Source: Vicugna vicugna (lineage: Eukaryota). From it: a stretch of DNA of 64,000 bases. Numbering within the stretch: the first letter of the stretch is position 1; each line of letters opens with the position of its first letter. Positions 27,301 to 40,065 of this stretch are shown one piece after another. The stretch spans positions 3,517,037 through 3,581,036 of the forward strand of contig MU058463.1 of assembly GCA_013265495.1 (NCBI GenBank), given 5' to 3'. The position numbers and the translations under genes were made by a program. The notes under the pieces were generated by a model that searched no databases, was not told where the DNA came from, and saw only the letters and a program-made list of their open reading frames with translations.

Positions 27301-28544
27301 ATACCAATATTATTATACATATGGTGTGAAATACTATGGTCTCGTATACGAAAATTGACAGAAAACTTTACAAGAAGACATATTCTTTGATGCTTCCAAA
27401 GAATGCTAAAGTAAATGTGAAGAAAGTAAAAGTAAAGTAAAATGATAATGTGAGGGTACGAGCCAAAAATAAGAGTTACAATCTCCTTTAAAATTAAAAT
27501 TTAGGCAGATCATTTGGGCTTATCCTGCTCTCATTTTATATTCTGTCCGACGGGGGCAATATGATGTCTCCTCACCAGACAAGTGCAGTGTGAAGAATGA
27601 ATAATATTCCACAAACTCCTCAAGATGAAAGTCATCCTGATAAACTGAGATGTGAGCTTTTATAAACTTCATAACAAAATGATATTCTTTGAAAATCAAA
27701 AACTGAACTTTGTCAACAGATACGTTTGTACTCTCCAGAAATAGCTTTGATAGTTGAATGGAAGTCAACATCTCTATAAAGTGTACAGAACCAGCTTTGT
27801 TTAAAGACAAATAGCTGGTCATTTAGGGGGCAGTGTTGCTGTGTTATCCATACTGACCACTGAAACAACCACTGAAGGAAATTTGCTTCTCTAGTAGTAG
27901 AAAACTTACAGATTTGGACAACGGTTTAATACCATATTTGCCTTTTAAAACATGTGTCAAGGAGGCAACTTTATTCTCCTTCACTGTACTGAGGAAATGA
28001 ACTGATGCTCCCCCAAAATGACTTGAGGCAAAAGACATTAAAGGCTCCTCTATTCTCCGATTAGAAGAAAGTTAAAGACCACATGAGTACCACATGAGAT
28101 CAGCCATTCATTTCCTGAGATGCTGGCTTAGGTTAATAAATAATAAAATGGGAAATTACTGTATTTTTTTAAATTTATTGACTATGATTAAGTTATTTGT
28201 GTAATAAAATGTTTTATATGTGCTTTCCATCTATCAGGAGGTTATTTCCTACTGAAAGGTGTGAAGTTTATAGTTGTCCTGCATTCTACTCCTTGAAAAT
28301 TGATTGTATCCTTTGCTATATGTTCATTCCATATTTCTGAGACACATTCTGTATTTTCTAAACAAAGTTGGAAATTTTATAGGTTCTAAAATCTTGTATT
28401 GATCCACCTCCCAGAAGTTATTAGTTTGGGTATTTTAAATGGCTATATAGAGTCAATTTGTTTATATTCTAATTTTCATAGAAGTCCTTACTGATTTTAT
28501 AGAGAACTGTAGTGTAACAGCAAATAATTACATTTTGCTTACAA

Positions 28545-28725
28545 ATGTTGTACTTAATCTGCTCAATAGACCTATGTGTTAGGTAATTATTCCTATTTCA
28601 CAGGTGAGGAAACTGAGGCACAAAGCAGTTAAGTAATGTGCTCAAAGTCCAAAAGTTGGAAGTGTTGAAACTGGTGCTTGAAACTAAGTAGTCTAGCTCC
28701 TGAGATGATGCATTTAACTCCTACT
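28545..28725 (-). mobile_element. MIR SINE
   Basis: Core 'atttcacaggtgaggaaactgaggcacaaagcagttaagtaatgtgctcaaagtc'. Confidence 0.85.
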
Positions 28726-29595
28726 CCATCGTGTACCCATATTCATTATTATATAGTATATCTTATTAACCTTATTAAAAGAAAGAAATGTACAAATTTC
28801 TTTTGTTGCCAATTCAGAATCTCAATCATGGTTTCAAATCACCTCAAATTGCTTTTGCATCAAAACCTACCTACCCTCACCCTTTCTCGCACACGCTTTA
28901 ATTTTCCAGCTCTTGTTTTCTCGGCACTTTAGTTGATTTTGGTGATTAAAGAGAACTGTTCATCTGAAACAAAAGCAAAGACATTTCTGCCGATAGCAAA
29001 AAATGACAGCTGAAACAGCATTTAAAGTACATCTTGAATAAATGTTCAAAAGCATGGCCCTAGGGCAATTTCCTGTTTTACTGGAAAATCTACTTTGCTA
29101 GTGTCTGATAAAATTGTATGAACAGTGGAAGCTTAATTCTCCAAGGCATGTTCTATGAAGCATTTGACAGCTTATCTGATGAAATCCACTCAACTACCAG
29201 TTCAGAGAGATCATGCGCCCCTCACGGAGGAAGCCCAGTCTGAATGGCTCTTTTAGCCTTGGGGCTGATGTTATTAGTTCCTAAATGAACTGATTAGTGT
29301 TTAGTTGACTTATTTCCCAGCAATTGTACATATTCTTGACATGCCAGAGGTTTCCCATCTTGTACAATCAATCCACTGTTGAAAATGACTTGCTTATGTA
29401 TGGAAATCTTATTAGAGCTATTTAATATTTTGAGCCATCCAGGTGATTCAATAAATTTAGACAAAATGAAATCATGACTTACATGAGATTGGATGGAGTG
29501 TCAGTCCATGCCCATAATTAAGTGCTCCACTTCCATAAACAAGAATGGTTGCAAGAATAAGCAACAGTGTCTTAATGGAGTGCCAAGTGGATGGT

Positions 29596-29629
29596 CCCAG
29601 TGCCTCAGATCTGCCACTAGGTGGTAGGA
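29596..29629 (+). promoter_or_regulatory. Candidate CTCF site with upstream module
   Basis: Core CTGCCACTAGGTGGTAGGA (29611-29629), preceded by CCCAGTGCC 6 bp upstream. Confidence 0.5.
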
Positions 29630-30442
29630 AAGAGTATGACACAGAAATTTGCTCTATCTAAAATACTCCCCATTGCACAAGTTAAAAATAAATTAACATT
29701 AGCATTAAAAATACATTAATATTAACAACTCTTAAAATTCAAGTGTAATTCCCTAAGATTTTCTACCATAGATCCAGTGGCCTCTGCTAGGTCTGCTAGC
29801 CTATTCTGAGCTTCACTAACTCCCAAAATTTGTGCTTATACACCTAACCAGTATCAGAGTCTTTGTATTCCAGGTAGTTGCCAGAAGTTGTGTGTCTGTG
29901 TGTGTGTATCCCACCCTCCTTGCATCAAATGCTGATTGGTGCTGATCAGCCTGGAGAGAGAGAACCTAATTTATGACCTAATTAAACCAAAGTGATCTAA
30001 ATTATCCCCTTCAGGTAAGCCATTCCAGCACCAAGCTGGATGACAAAATAGCATTATTTTAGGATTCCCATAGAATTGTTTTGGGGATCCTCGTGGAACT
30101 AGTTTTCACTTTGATTAAAAAAAAGTAAAAGTATAAAATCATATTATAAGGGAAAAACGTGAAATTTTTGGTTTATTTACCACACAGATGCAGTAGAGAA
30201 AATTATTCCTCACATCACACAGTATCTTTATGAGAAGAGCCAAAGAAACTTCTCTGGGGTCTCAAAATTGTTCTACTTTTGAATTATTGGTTAGTTTTTA
30301 CCTTACGAACACTGAAGAATGTAATTGTTTTTTCTCTTCTAGACAATGTAAAGCCAAAGTTGCAGATCACACTAGAATATGCACCAGTTTCTGATGAGCA
30401 TTTTATATACTTATCTCATTCCTGGCTACATCCTACATTTTT

Positions 30443-31779
30443 TTATTGAACTATAGTTGATTTACAATTTTATATTAGTCACAGGTGTACAGCATAGTGA
30501 TTCAGTATTTTTATAGATGAACTATAATGGACTATAGTCCATTAAAAATTATTATAAAATCATAGCTATAATTCCTGCACTGTAGAATATATCTGTGTTG
30601 CTTATCAATTTTTTACATAGTAGTTTGTATCTCTTAATCTCATACCCCTATCTTGCCCCTCGTCCCTTTCCTCTCCCTCCTGGTAGCCACTAGTTTATTT
30701 TCTGTCTGTCAATCTGTTTCTGTTTTGCTATTATAAAACATGCATTTGTTTTATTTTTTAGATTCCACAAGCAAGTGATATCATACAGTATTTGTCATTG
30801 CCTGGCTTATTTCACTAAGCATAACTTTCTCTAGGTCCATTTATGTTGCTACAAATGTCAGAAGTTCGTTCTTTTTTATGGCTAAGTAAATTCCGTTGGG
30901 TACACATATATATCTCACATCTTCATTATTCATTCGTCTTCTGATGGACACCAGGGTGGCATCCATATCTTGACTATTGTAAATAGTGTTGCTAAGTGGT
31001 GCTGGGAAGACTGGACAGCTACATGTAAAAGAATGCAATTACAACATTTTCTTATACCATATACAAAAATAAACTCAAAATGGATTAAAGACCTAAATGT
31101 AAGACCTGAAACTGTAAAACTAGAAGAAAACATGGGCAGAACATTCTTTGACAAAAATCATAGCAATATTTTTGGGACTCTGTCTCCTAAGACAAAAGAA
31201 ATAAAAGCAAAAATAACCAATGAGACCTAATTAAATTGAAAAGCTTTTGCACACCAAAGGAAACCATTAACAAAATCAAAAGACAACCTGCTGAATGGGA
31301 GAAAATATTTGCAAATTATATGATCAACAAGAGGTTAATACCAAAATATATAAACAGTTTATACAACTCAATATCAAAAAACAGACAACCCAGTTGGAAA
31401 ATGGGCAGAAGACCTGAGTAGATATTTTTCCAAAGAAAACATATAGATGGCTAACAGACACATTAAAAGATGCTCAACATTGCTAAGTATTAGAGAAATG
31501 CAAATCAAAACAATGAGCTGTTACCTCATACCAGCCAGAATTTCTATCATCAAAAAGTCTACAAATAACAAGTGTTGGTGAGGACATGGGGAAAAGGGAA
31601 CTCTTGTACACTGTTGGTGGGAATGTAAATTGGTGCAGTCCCTGTGGAGAATAGTACCAAGGAGTTTCCCCAAAAAACTAAAAATAAAGCTACCAAATGA
31701 GCCAGCAGTTCCACTCCTGGAGATATATCTGGAAAAAAATAAAAAGACAAATTCAAAAAGAGACATGCACCCCAATGTA
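30443..31779 (-). mobile_element. L1 with 5' inversion: 3' end on minus (30443-30994), ORF2 segment on plus (~30995-31779)
   Basis: Strand switch at '...aaatagtgttgcta|agtggtgctggg'. Plus-strand peptide [14 protein letters not shown]...[19 protein letters not shown]. Flanked by target copies. Confidence 0.9.
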
Positions 31780-31793
31780 CAGCCTACATGTTT

Positions 31794-32157
31794 ATTTTAT
31801 TTTGTTTTTGTGTGTGTATTACTTTTTTTAATTGAAATATAGTCAGTTACAATGTGCCAATTTCTGGTGTACAGCACAATTATCTAGTCATACATATATA
31901 TATACATATATTCATTTTCATATTATTTTTCATTAAAAGTTATTACAAGATATTAAATATGGTTCCCTGTGCTATACAGAAGAAATTCATTTTAATCTAT
32001 TTTTATATATAGTAGTTATCATTGGCAAATCTCAAACTTCCAAATTTATCCCTTCCCACCCCTTCTCCCCCAGTAAGATTGTTTACTTATTGTGAGTCAG
32101 TTTCTGTTTCGTAGATGAGTTTATTAGTGTCCTCTTTTTTCTTTTTTTTTAAGACCC
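31794..32157 (-). mobile_element. Second 5'-truncated L1 3'UTR fragment
   Basis: T-rich tail, then 'aattgaaatatagtcagttacaatgtgccaatttctggtgtacagcacaat'. Followed by CATCCTACATTTTT. Confidence 0.85.
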
Positions 32158-32524
32158 CATCCTACATTTTTAATCCCATCTACTCTTGTGATGCTTTTTT
32201 TCTTCCACTTATTTGACCATGAATATTATCTAGCTTCAGAATGTGTGTTTCTGGCTACCTGAAATTTCACTAGAGTATATCAAGGTATACATAAATAAAT
32301 GAATGGATGTCCTAGGGTTAAGCAGTCACTCACACTCCAAGGTGACTCTTGTGACTGTATCACAAGGCTGAAGATGAGAATAAAGATACAGTTATTGATG
32401 ATCATGAAAATCTGACAGATTCAGCAATGGAAAATTCCATTTGCTGGCTCTACAACACCAAGGAAATTACTTCCATTTGTTTATTTTTCCTTCATGAGAA
32501 AGATAATATTTCATATAGTTGTTA

Positions 32525-32960
32525 TTCATTAATATTCATCATCTAATGATAACTTATTAATTTATTGAACCAGTAGAGTAGGTTCAATATATACTACAAA
32601 CTGCTCTGCATGCAGGGGTAGAGCAGAAAACAAGATAGGCAAGTTTCCTTCCTTCTTTGGAAGTGACTCTTCTTATGAGGGGAGGCAGAAAGTAAACACA
32701 TAAGCCAATAAACAAGTAAGATCATTTCTGTAGAGTAAATCTTTGAATGCTGTGACAGAAAAGTTGGTCACAGAAGTCTCCTTGAGAAGGTGACATTGAG
32801 CTGAGACCTAAGCCATGGGTAGCATCAGTTACACAAAGCAGACGGAGGAGCATTTCAAAGTGGTTCAGGAAAAGGCATCAGCAAGTTCAAACTCATCTGT
32901 TTCCATCCAAGAATAGAAAGAATGTCACCATGCTGAGTATGGTGAGTGAGAACAGAAGGG
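32525..32960 (-). mobile_element. L2 fragment
   Basis: 'gagaaggtgacattgagctgagacct' and neighbouring L2 phrases. Confidence 0.65.
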
Positions 32961-35900
32961 TCAAGAGGAAGAAAAAGTATATATGACACTTTTTCTGTGC
33001 TTGGCATATAGTCGGTCTCCTTATATGGTAGATGTCAATTACTATGTAGCAACATTTTCAAGCAAAGACTGGAAAACAGAGATTGCTTAAAGTTATTTTT
33101 GCCCCTCTGGGGAGTTAAAAAAAAAACTCCATTTAGTTCTACCATAAGCAAGACATAAAGCAGAAAGCAAGGAAGGTAATGGGTAGAGTGGAGCAATGTT
33201 TGCTCCTCAAAGTCAGGATTTGTTCTCTGAGCATAAGCATAAAGCAGGAGCTGTATAAAGGTCCCTAAAGGTGTCATCAACATACCTCCAGAGTCCCTAC
33301 AAAGTCTTGACTCTTGAGAAGGGTACAAAACTAGGACTGAGAGCTGAGGTGAGTTTGTCCTCTGCTCCGCTCCTCCGGTAGCCGATTCCCCAGGATGGGG
33401 TCAGCTGACCTCCATTTCTGCTTCTGGAAAAGGTAATAAAAGAAACCATAAAATAGCCTCTGCTTTTCAGGTGCTTGATAACTACTAAGACAAGACTGTG
33501 CACACACACACACACAAACAGAGCGAGAGCGAGAAATTACTACAGTGCAATAAGAAGGATTACTCCTCTCTGCAAAAATTGAATAATAATATGAAGCCAT
33601 GTTTTACCAACACTCCAATTTTGGAGGTATACAGAAAACTATTCTGGAAATTTTTGTATAAAATATACACCTTTAGAAAAACAATAGCTATTTGTTACAT
33701 GAATTAACACAATTGTTTAGGAGCTCTGGGAAAACATGAAGCCTTTTGATTGTTTTAAACCATTTACACTCTAGCCATCATCCTGAACATCCTCAAACTC
33801 TCAAATGGCTTTTCTTTGTTAAATGAGAAAAGTCCAGTGGCCAAACCTCTGCAGCTGAACCATCATCGGCATCTAGAATTAGGGAGGATTCTTTCTTTCT
33901 TCCATCAACAGTGTGGGCTCTTCCAATGGGTGAATATGTTCTTTGTTCAAAAACATCTGATCTCAACCCGGAAAAACGAAGCAACTGTTTAAGTGTCACT
34001 GCTTACATGTGGTTCTGCAGAGGCTTTTATCTCCTGAGAGCCTGAGGAACTTCACAGTAGACAACTCTCCCAACTCTGTTCCCTCTACGGTGTCTCGGGG
34101 ACCAAATAAGTGGATGTTTGGTTGAATCTGATGCCCTGTAGCTGAGGGTTTTTCACCAGCCACCACACTTCACAATTTCATGAGAAAAGGTGGTAGGACC
34201 CCGCTCAATTCCTAGAGCAAATACAAATGTGGAAGGAAGGATCTTCCTTAGATGAGACAACAAGTGGCAGAGATGGGACAAAGATCAAAAAACCAACAGA
34301 CCTGAGGGTTGATGTCACTTTTTGGTATCTCTGTGAGTTTTTATGAGATAAGACCCATCGGGCAGGTATTGGGCAGTTGGGCTCGGGATTTTGGTCTTGT
34401 TCCTCTGTTGCTGTTACTGCAGTTCATTTCATGCAGAAAAATGGCACCTAGAGTGACCTTTGGGATTTTACTTTAAACCTTCTCCTCTAGCTTTAGAACC
34501 TGGAGGACATAAAACTAATTTATCATGGGATTCTGAGAACAGTCAAGCCTTTGTTGATGAGCATTCTGTAGAGAGTCGGGTGAATTTGCTTTGGTTATTT
34601 AAAGCTATTGACACTTCCTTAAAAAGAAGACCAAAACTACCCTTGAAACACTTCATGTGACCCAGTGATTCACTTAGAACAACAAACACATTTGTGTGGC
34701 TCTTTACAAAATGTTGAGAATTTACCACTGGCAGGTTCATGTTTGTAAAAGCCTGTAGCTTTTTAAAAATTCAAAACATTCCTTTCAGTTATAATTTGTT
34801 GTGGGACTTTTTTAAAGGAGTTATTTCTTCCAAACACACAATTTTCTTTGTAAAGATCACTCTTTCCAACAGGACTTGATTGAAATCATGAGACCCAGCA
34901 TTTGCCACTCAGCTTCTCAAGCGGACGTGGGCACCAGGATCTAGTAAAGTTGATAGGCTTCTGTGGTTTATGTGCCAGATGCTTCTTTGCAAAAGCAAAA
35001 ATAAAAACTGGAATGTGGGCAGACGAGACTTCACAGAGTTCACAAGCATCTCCCATCCCAAACTGCTCCCTAGCCAAGAACTTCCACCGCAGGTCTGAGT
35101 GCGTGTTTCCAGAAGTTCATATTTACTCCATTTTAAAACAACTCACAGCAACTGCACATCAACTTGCATCATTTGGTTTTTAAGCAGCCTGATCAGTGTA
35201 AGTTCAAAATCTCCCCCTGAGTCTAAACCAGAAGTTTGCTGCACAAACTTGGGCAAGATTCAATACATAAATCACATGTTCTTGTCAAGTTCATGTAAGC
35301 AGTTGAAGGCTCCCCAGGGAACCCATGTACAGAAAACCTGTCTGGCCCCAGGAGGCAGAAAAAGCCCAGCTCTGGTCAGCGTGTGTGTCCCGTCTCCTTC
35401 TGCACCTCTCAGTCAGTCCTAAACAAAGCCTGCCTCCTTCCTCTTCACAGAGCAGCCGCTGAGTGTGACGAACACAGCTTAAACAAAAACAAGGACTGAA
35501 GCTCGTTCATGGGACATGTTGTCTCTGCAGCTTTATTTACCTCCACAAAACAATAAACAAAAGAGGCAGCCGAATCCACAACTCTCAGGAGAGTAATGGC
35601 TCACCCGAGTGCTCCAGGACTTACCTTCCTGAAATGTCATCATCTGTCACTGGGCACGACAGTCTCCCACCTCCTGGGTGATGACTGTGAAGGAACAGTG
35701 CTACACAGCAGGGCCGGCGGCCGGAAAGCATCTCAGAGCTGGGGATGGAGGACTGTCGGGGCTGAGTGACAGCCAGATAAATCAGGCAAGAAGTATAGGA
35801 ATTCTGCAGCTCTACAAGCTGTCAGGGACTCCAGTTCCACAACTAAAAAGATACTTTTTGGAAAGAAGAAAGTGCTGGGGAAAAGGAAGGAGTTTGAAAG

Positions 35901-36549
35901 AGATCACAATTAAGATCCATAGACATGTGGATAGAAATCTTGTATCATGTTTAGTCACCAGGTGCTGCACGAGAACAGGAGAGAGTGCTCTCTGTCCTCA
36001 ACCACGTGGACACAGAAGAGCCAGAGGAGGGTCAGCAAGTCACCTTGCGGGAAATTCCTACGGAGAAGTTACCTAACACTGCTGTCCCTGGTTTCAACCA
36101 TTTCTTTCAGAATTAAAACATCTCGCTTTTCCCCCAAGTAAACAACAATTATTTATAAAATCAGAAAATAAAGGGAAGTAGAAAGAAGAAAATAGAATTA
36201 TACAGAAAGATTAACAGAATGATGAAAGAGATGAGAGAGAGATGACTGGAGATGGGGCTGGGGGCAGGGAGGGAGAGAGAGATGGGGTGGGGAGGTGAAA
36301 TTGAGATGGCTTCTTTTTAAAAGGAAAACAATAGAATAGCTTCTTCCAGAGAAAGGGTTCTAAACAAGGGGACTATTAACTTTACCCATGCTTGGATGGA
36401 GCTGAAGCTGACAATTTTTATTGAATTATTTTTATTTCTCCAGAATAAGAGATCCAGGGAAATGGAAGCCCCTCTTTTTGGCGTATGCTTCAGCACACAA
36501 TGACATGGATAGTGTTCATGTGACTCCTTAGAGAAGGAAACTAAGGGGC

Positions 36550-36745
36550 TCTGCTACTGGCCCCTTTACATGTGTTATTCCAGTAAGTTCCAGCAGCAAT
36601 TGCTTGACATAGTCAATAATTATTCCTACTTCATGCAAAGAAACCAAAACCCAAGAGGTTGAGTGAAGTTCGCACAGCTGGAAGAGCAAGGATTTGAACT
36701 CAGACCATGTGGCCCTGGAAGTCGTGTGCAATCTCTGTATCCCAC
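36550..36745 (-). mobile_element. MIR SINE
   Basis: 'agaggttgagtgaagttcgcacagctggaagagcaaggatttgaactcagacc'. Confidence 0.7.
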
Positions 36746-36974
36746 ATGGCCTGGGAGCCTGAGCACCTGTATCCCAAGAACCCACTTCCTGTGTTCATTT
36801 ATTTTATAAACTTGCAGTTTCATGCAACTTTGCAAAGACCTTGAACTCTGGCAACCTCAGCTATTTTGATCTTAAAATTAGTGCATTACTAAACAAAAAG
36901 GATATTATTTTGTTTGCATTGTTTTTTGCATTCAGTGTATTTCTTAGCCAGCTGGTCAACTGCACAGTAATATC

Positions 36975-38455
36975 AGTTTGCTCAATTCAACCCCACTGCT
37001 GTCCTTCAGTCACTCTTGCCAAGGTGACCAGCAGTTCCATCTTGCCAAATCCAGTTGTCAAAGACAGTCCTCACTTCACATGACATGGGTGACTGCATTT
37101 GACACTGTTGATTATTTCCCCCATTTGAAAGTCTTTAGTCATTTGGTTTCCAGAACATGACACAGTCTGGTTTTCCTTGTGCTTCAGCTAATGATCCTCT
37201 ACAGTCTCCTGTGGAGCTGACTGCTTCTCTTCTGCCCTTATTCACTATCCACATCAATTCCCTAATTTACTTTATCTGCTGTCTCAGCTGCAAATGCCAT
37301 CTAGATACCCTAGTCACAAATTCTCCCATTATCTCCAGATTTACATTTAGAATTACCATTCTTCAAATGAATGTCCTAGGCAGCTCAAACTCCACATGTC
37401 CAAAACAAAACGCCTGCTTCGCCCCCAAATCATGATTCTTTCTCAGTCTTTCCAGTTTTAGTAAATGGAACCTTCGTTTATTCAGGAGTCATCCTTAAGT
37501 TCTTTTGCCTCTTAACATACCATATCGAATCCAATAGTAATACTTTTGACTTAACCTTAAAAAAATTCTGAAATTGCTAAGAGAGTAGAGCTTAAATGTT
37601 CTCACCCAAAACAAAACAAACAAAAAACAATAAATATGTGAAGTGATAGATGTGTTAATTAACTCTTTGAGGGGAACCTTTTCTCAATGTATGTGTGTAT
37701 CAAATCATCACGTTGTACACTTTAAATATCTTACAATTTTATTTCTCAGTTATACCTCAATCATAAAATAAAATATTAAATCTCAGGGAAAAAGTTCTGG
37801 ACTCCAAACACTTCTCCAGAATCTACTGCCATTTCTTAATCCCAGATACCATCTTCTGTCACCTATACAACTGCAACCCCCATTTTCCTCTCAAACACTT
37901 TTAGGATCTTTCCCCAATGCACTCAGAATAAAATCCAACTCCTTACCTACACGTTCTTACATGTTCTCGTCCTGCCTACCTCTATGATCTCATTGCCCAT
38001 TCTCCCCTCTCTCATTCCTTTCCACCAACACGCCCCTTCCCATTGTCCATCAAACACACAAACTCATTTCTACCTCAGGGCCTCTGCATTTGCTATTCCC
38101 TCTTCCTAGAATGCTTTTCCACTCAATCTCATGACTCATCCTCTTGTCTCATTCACATCTTTTCTAAAATGTTACCTCCTTAAAAAGTTCTCCTCTAACC
38201 ACCCAAACCAAAGATAACTTCCTCCGTCTTTGTCCCGTGGTGCACACTGTGTTTGGTTTCACTGGATGTATTCCTAACATATTACATATTGTTTTGTTTA
38301 TTATCTCTCCCGCCCCCCAGTTACCAATTCCATACGGGGAAAGACTTTGCTGCATTTGTTGTTAGTGGTATTTATAGTGTATAGAACAGGCTCTAACATA
38401 CATTAGGTCCTTAAAAAATATTTGTAAAGTGAATAAATGAATCAGTGAGTTAGTG
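36975..38455 (+). mobile_element. L2 (about 1.2 kb) interrupted by an L1 3' end
   Basis: 'ctcttgccaaggtgaccagc', 'gcatttgacactgttga', 'ctcaaactccacatgtccaaaac', 'cctcagggcctctgcatttgctattccctcttcctagaatgct' and tail 'tgaataaatgaat'. Confidence 0.85.
37571..37787 (+). mobile_element. L1MA-type extreme 3' end nested in L2
   Basis: 'aaattgctaagagagtagagcttaaatgttctcac...cacgttgtacactttaaatat...tatacctcaat'. Flanks AAAAATTCTG / AAAAGTTCTG resemble a TSD. Confidence 0.8.
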
Positions 38456-40065
38456 TAGGGCAATATAGTAAGCAGAAGAAAATTGGTGAGAGAGAACATG
38501 CAGAGGAGGCCAGGGTCAAATGACATTGGGCCTCAAAGGCCACAGGAAGTAGTTTGGATTCTACTCTAAATACAATAGCAAACCTATACAGGATCTTAAG
38601 GAGAGACAAGACATTATATAAATATAGATGACTGACTGCTTTTAAAGAATGATATGCATAATTCCATGAAATTTCTTGAAAATCTGTGCAAATTAGATTT
38701 TGGTAAATTGAATAATATTCTCAAGGGATTATAATAATCCTCATATTGATAAAATAAAGAATACATGGGCAATAAAACTGCTGACTATTTTATGGGAACA
38801 GATTTTCCTATTAATGTGGAGTAAGAGCAGATACTACTCCAGCTATAAACTAAGTAGTTTTAGGAGAAAAATATCTTAATGTAGAGGAAGAAGGGTTACC
38901 TCTCATTTTTATCCCCTGCAAACTTATGGAAACTTGATCTTTTTTACTGTTTGTTTGAACACGGGGAAAAGTTAATCTCACTGTCAGACTTTGAAAAATT
39001 ACTTTCACCTCAAGCAGGTGGAAAATAATACATGGATATAGAAACAAAGATGTAGTGCGAGAAAACAGGGACTTCGAAGGCAAAGGAAGTTATCTTCACA
39101 AGCTGGACTCATTCAAGTTTATTTTATCTCATCAGAACAATGCAACTTCGCCTAGAATAAGAATGAAGGCGTGCAGCTGATTAATAAATTCAAAACAAAC
39201 ACTGAACTGCACTGAGGAAATACGAAACACTCCATGGTTTTTTTCTGTATCATGGCAATGAGGAGCCGTGTGCTGATATTCCAGTCTCAAAAGTGGTTTC
39301 AACAGAAATGGCAACATGACATGACTATTTATATGGCCCTTTTCTTATCTCCAACATCTATGAAATAACCAGAGCCATTACCCTAAAGAGAATTCCCAGG
39401 ATGGGGAAACTGAGGCAACAGCACGCCTGAGTAGCATGGGATATGCAGCCAATTAATAACAACCTCAAACTCAGTGTCCCAGCCGACCCTTGTACAAGTC
39501 ACATTTCCTCTTAAAATGTTTACATGTAGAAGATGGATTCAATTAAGATAATGGAAGAAACCAATGGTAACCCTGTGAGTTGTGCACACAGAAATATGAA
39601 ACAGATGAGAAGTTCATCCACAGGTGGTTTTATTTCAGGGGAAGGGAAGAGTCACACGTCCAACACAATAAGGATGGGTGGGTTCGAGGCAGACTTCCTA
39701 ATTAAGGAGTAACAAACCCAAACCAAAGATGACACATCCTTCTGTGAAAAAACAAGGGAGTTGGGCATATGTGGGTGGCATGTGAGTTATAAAAAATGAA
39801 ATTGGAAGACTTGTCCATGATGATGAAGATGTTTTTGCACAGAGACAAAGAGGAGCAGAGAATGGAGCATGGAAATTTTTCAATGAAAAGGAAAATGAAA
39901 ACCTTGTTCTCTTTAAAATATTTTCTCCTCTTCTTAACTGAATACCAATCTCAAAGTTCAACGTCACTGTATTAACAATACATGACGGTAAGCTGCTTAA
40001 AGACAGAAACTATGTTTTGCCATTTTTGAAAATCTCAAATATCAGGAACTCAATGAATGTTAAAT

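Noticed and set aside
26716..27390. ORFs of 120, 93 and 67 aa clustered together
   Set aside because: They lie mostly within a non-autonomous Tigger-like element and show no transposase or other recognisable motif.
27520..27822. 100-aa ATG-initiated minus-strand ORF (MTSYLSLNKAG...)
   Set aside because: No recognisable domain or supporting gene structure. ORFs this long occur by chance in 64 kb.
27815..27836. Second CTCF-like motif (CATTTAGGGGGCAGTG)
   Set aside because: The 5' half of the core matches poorly.
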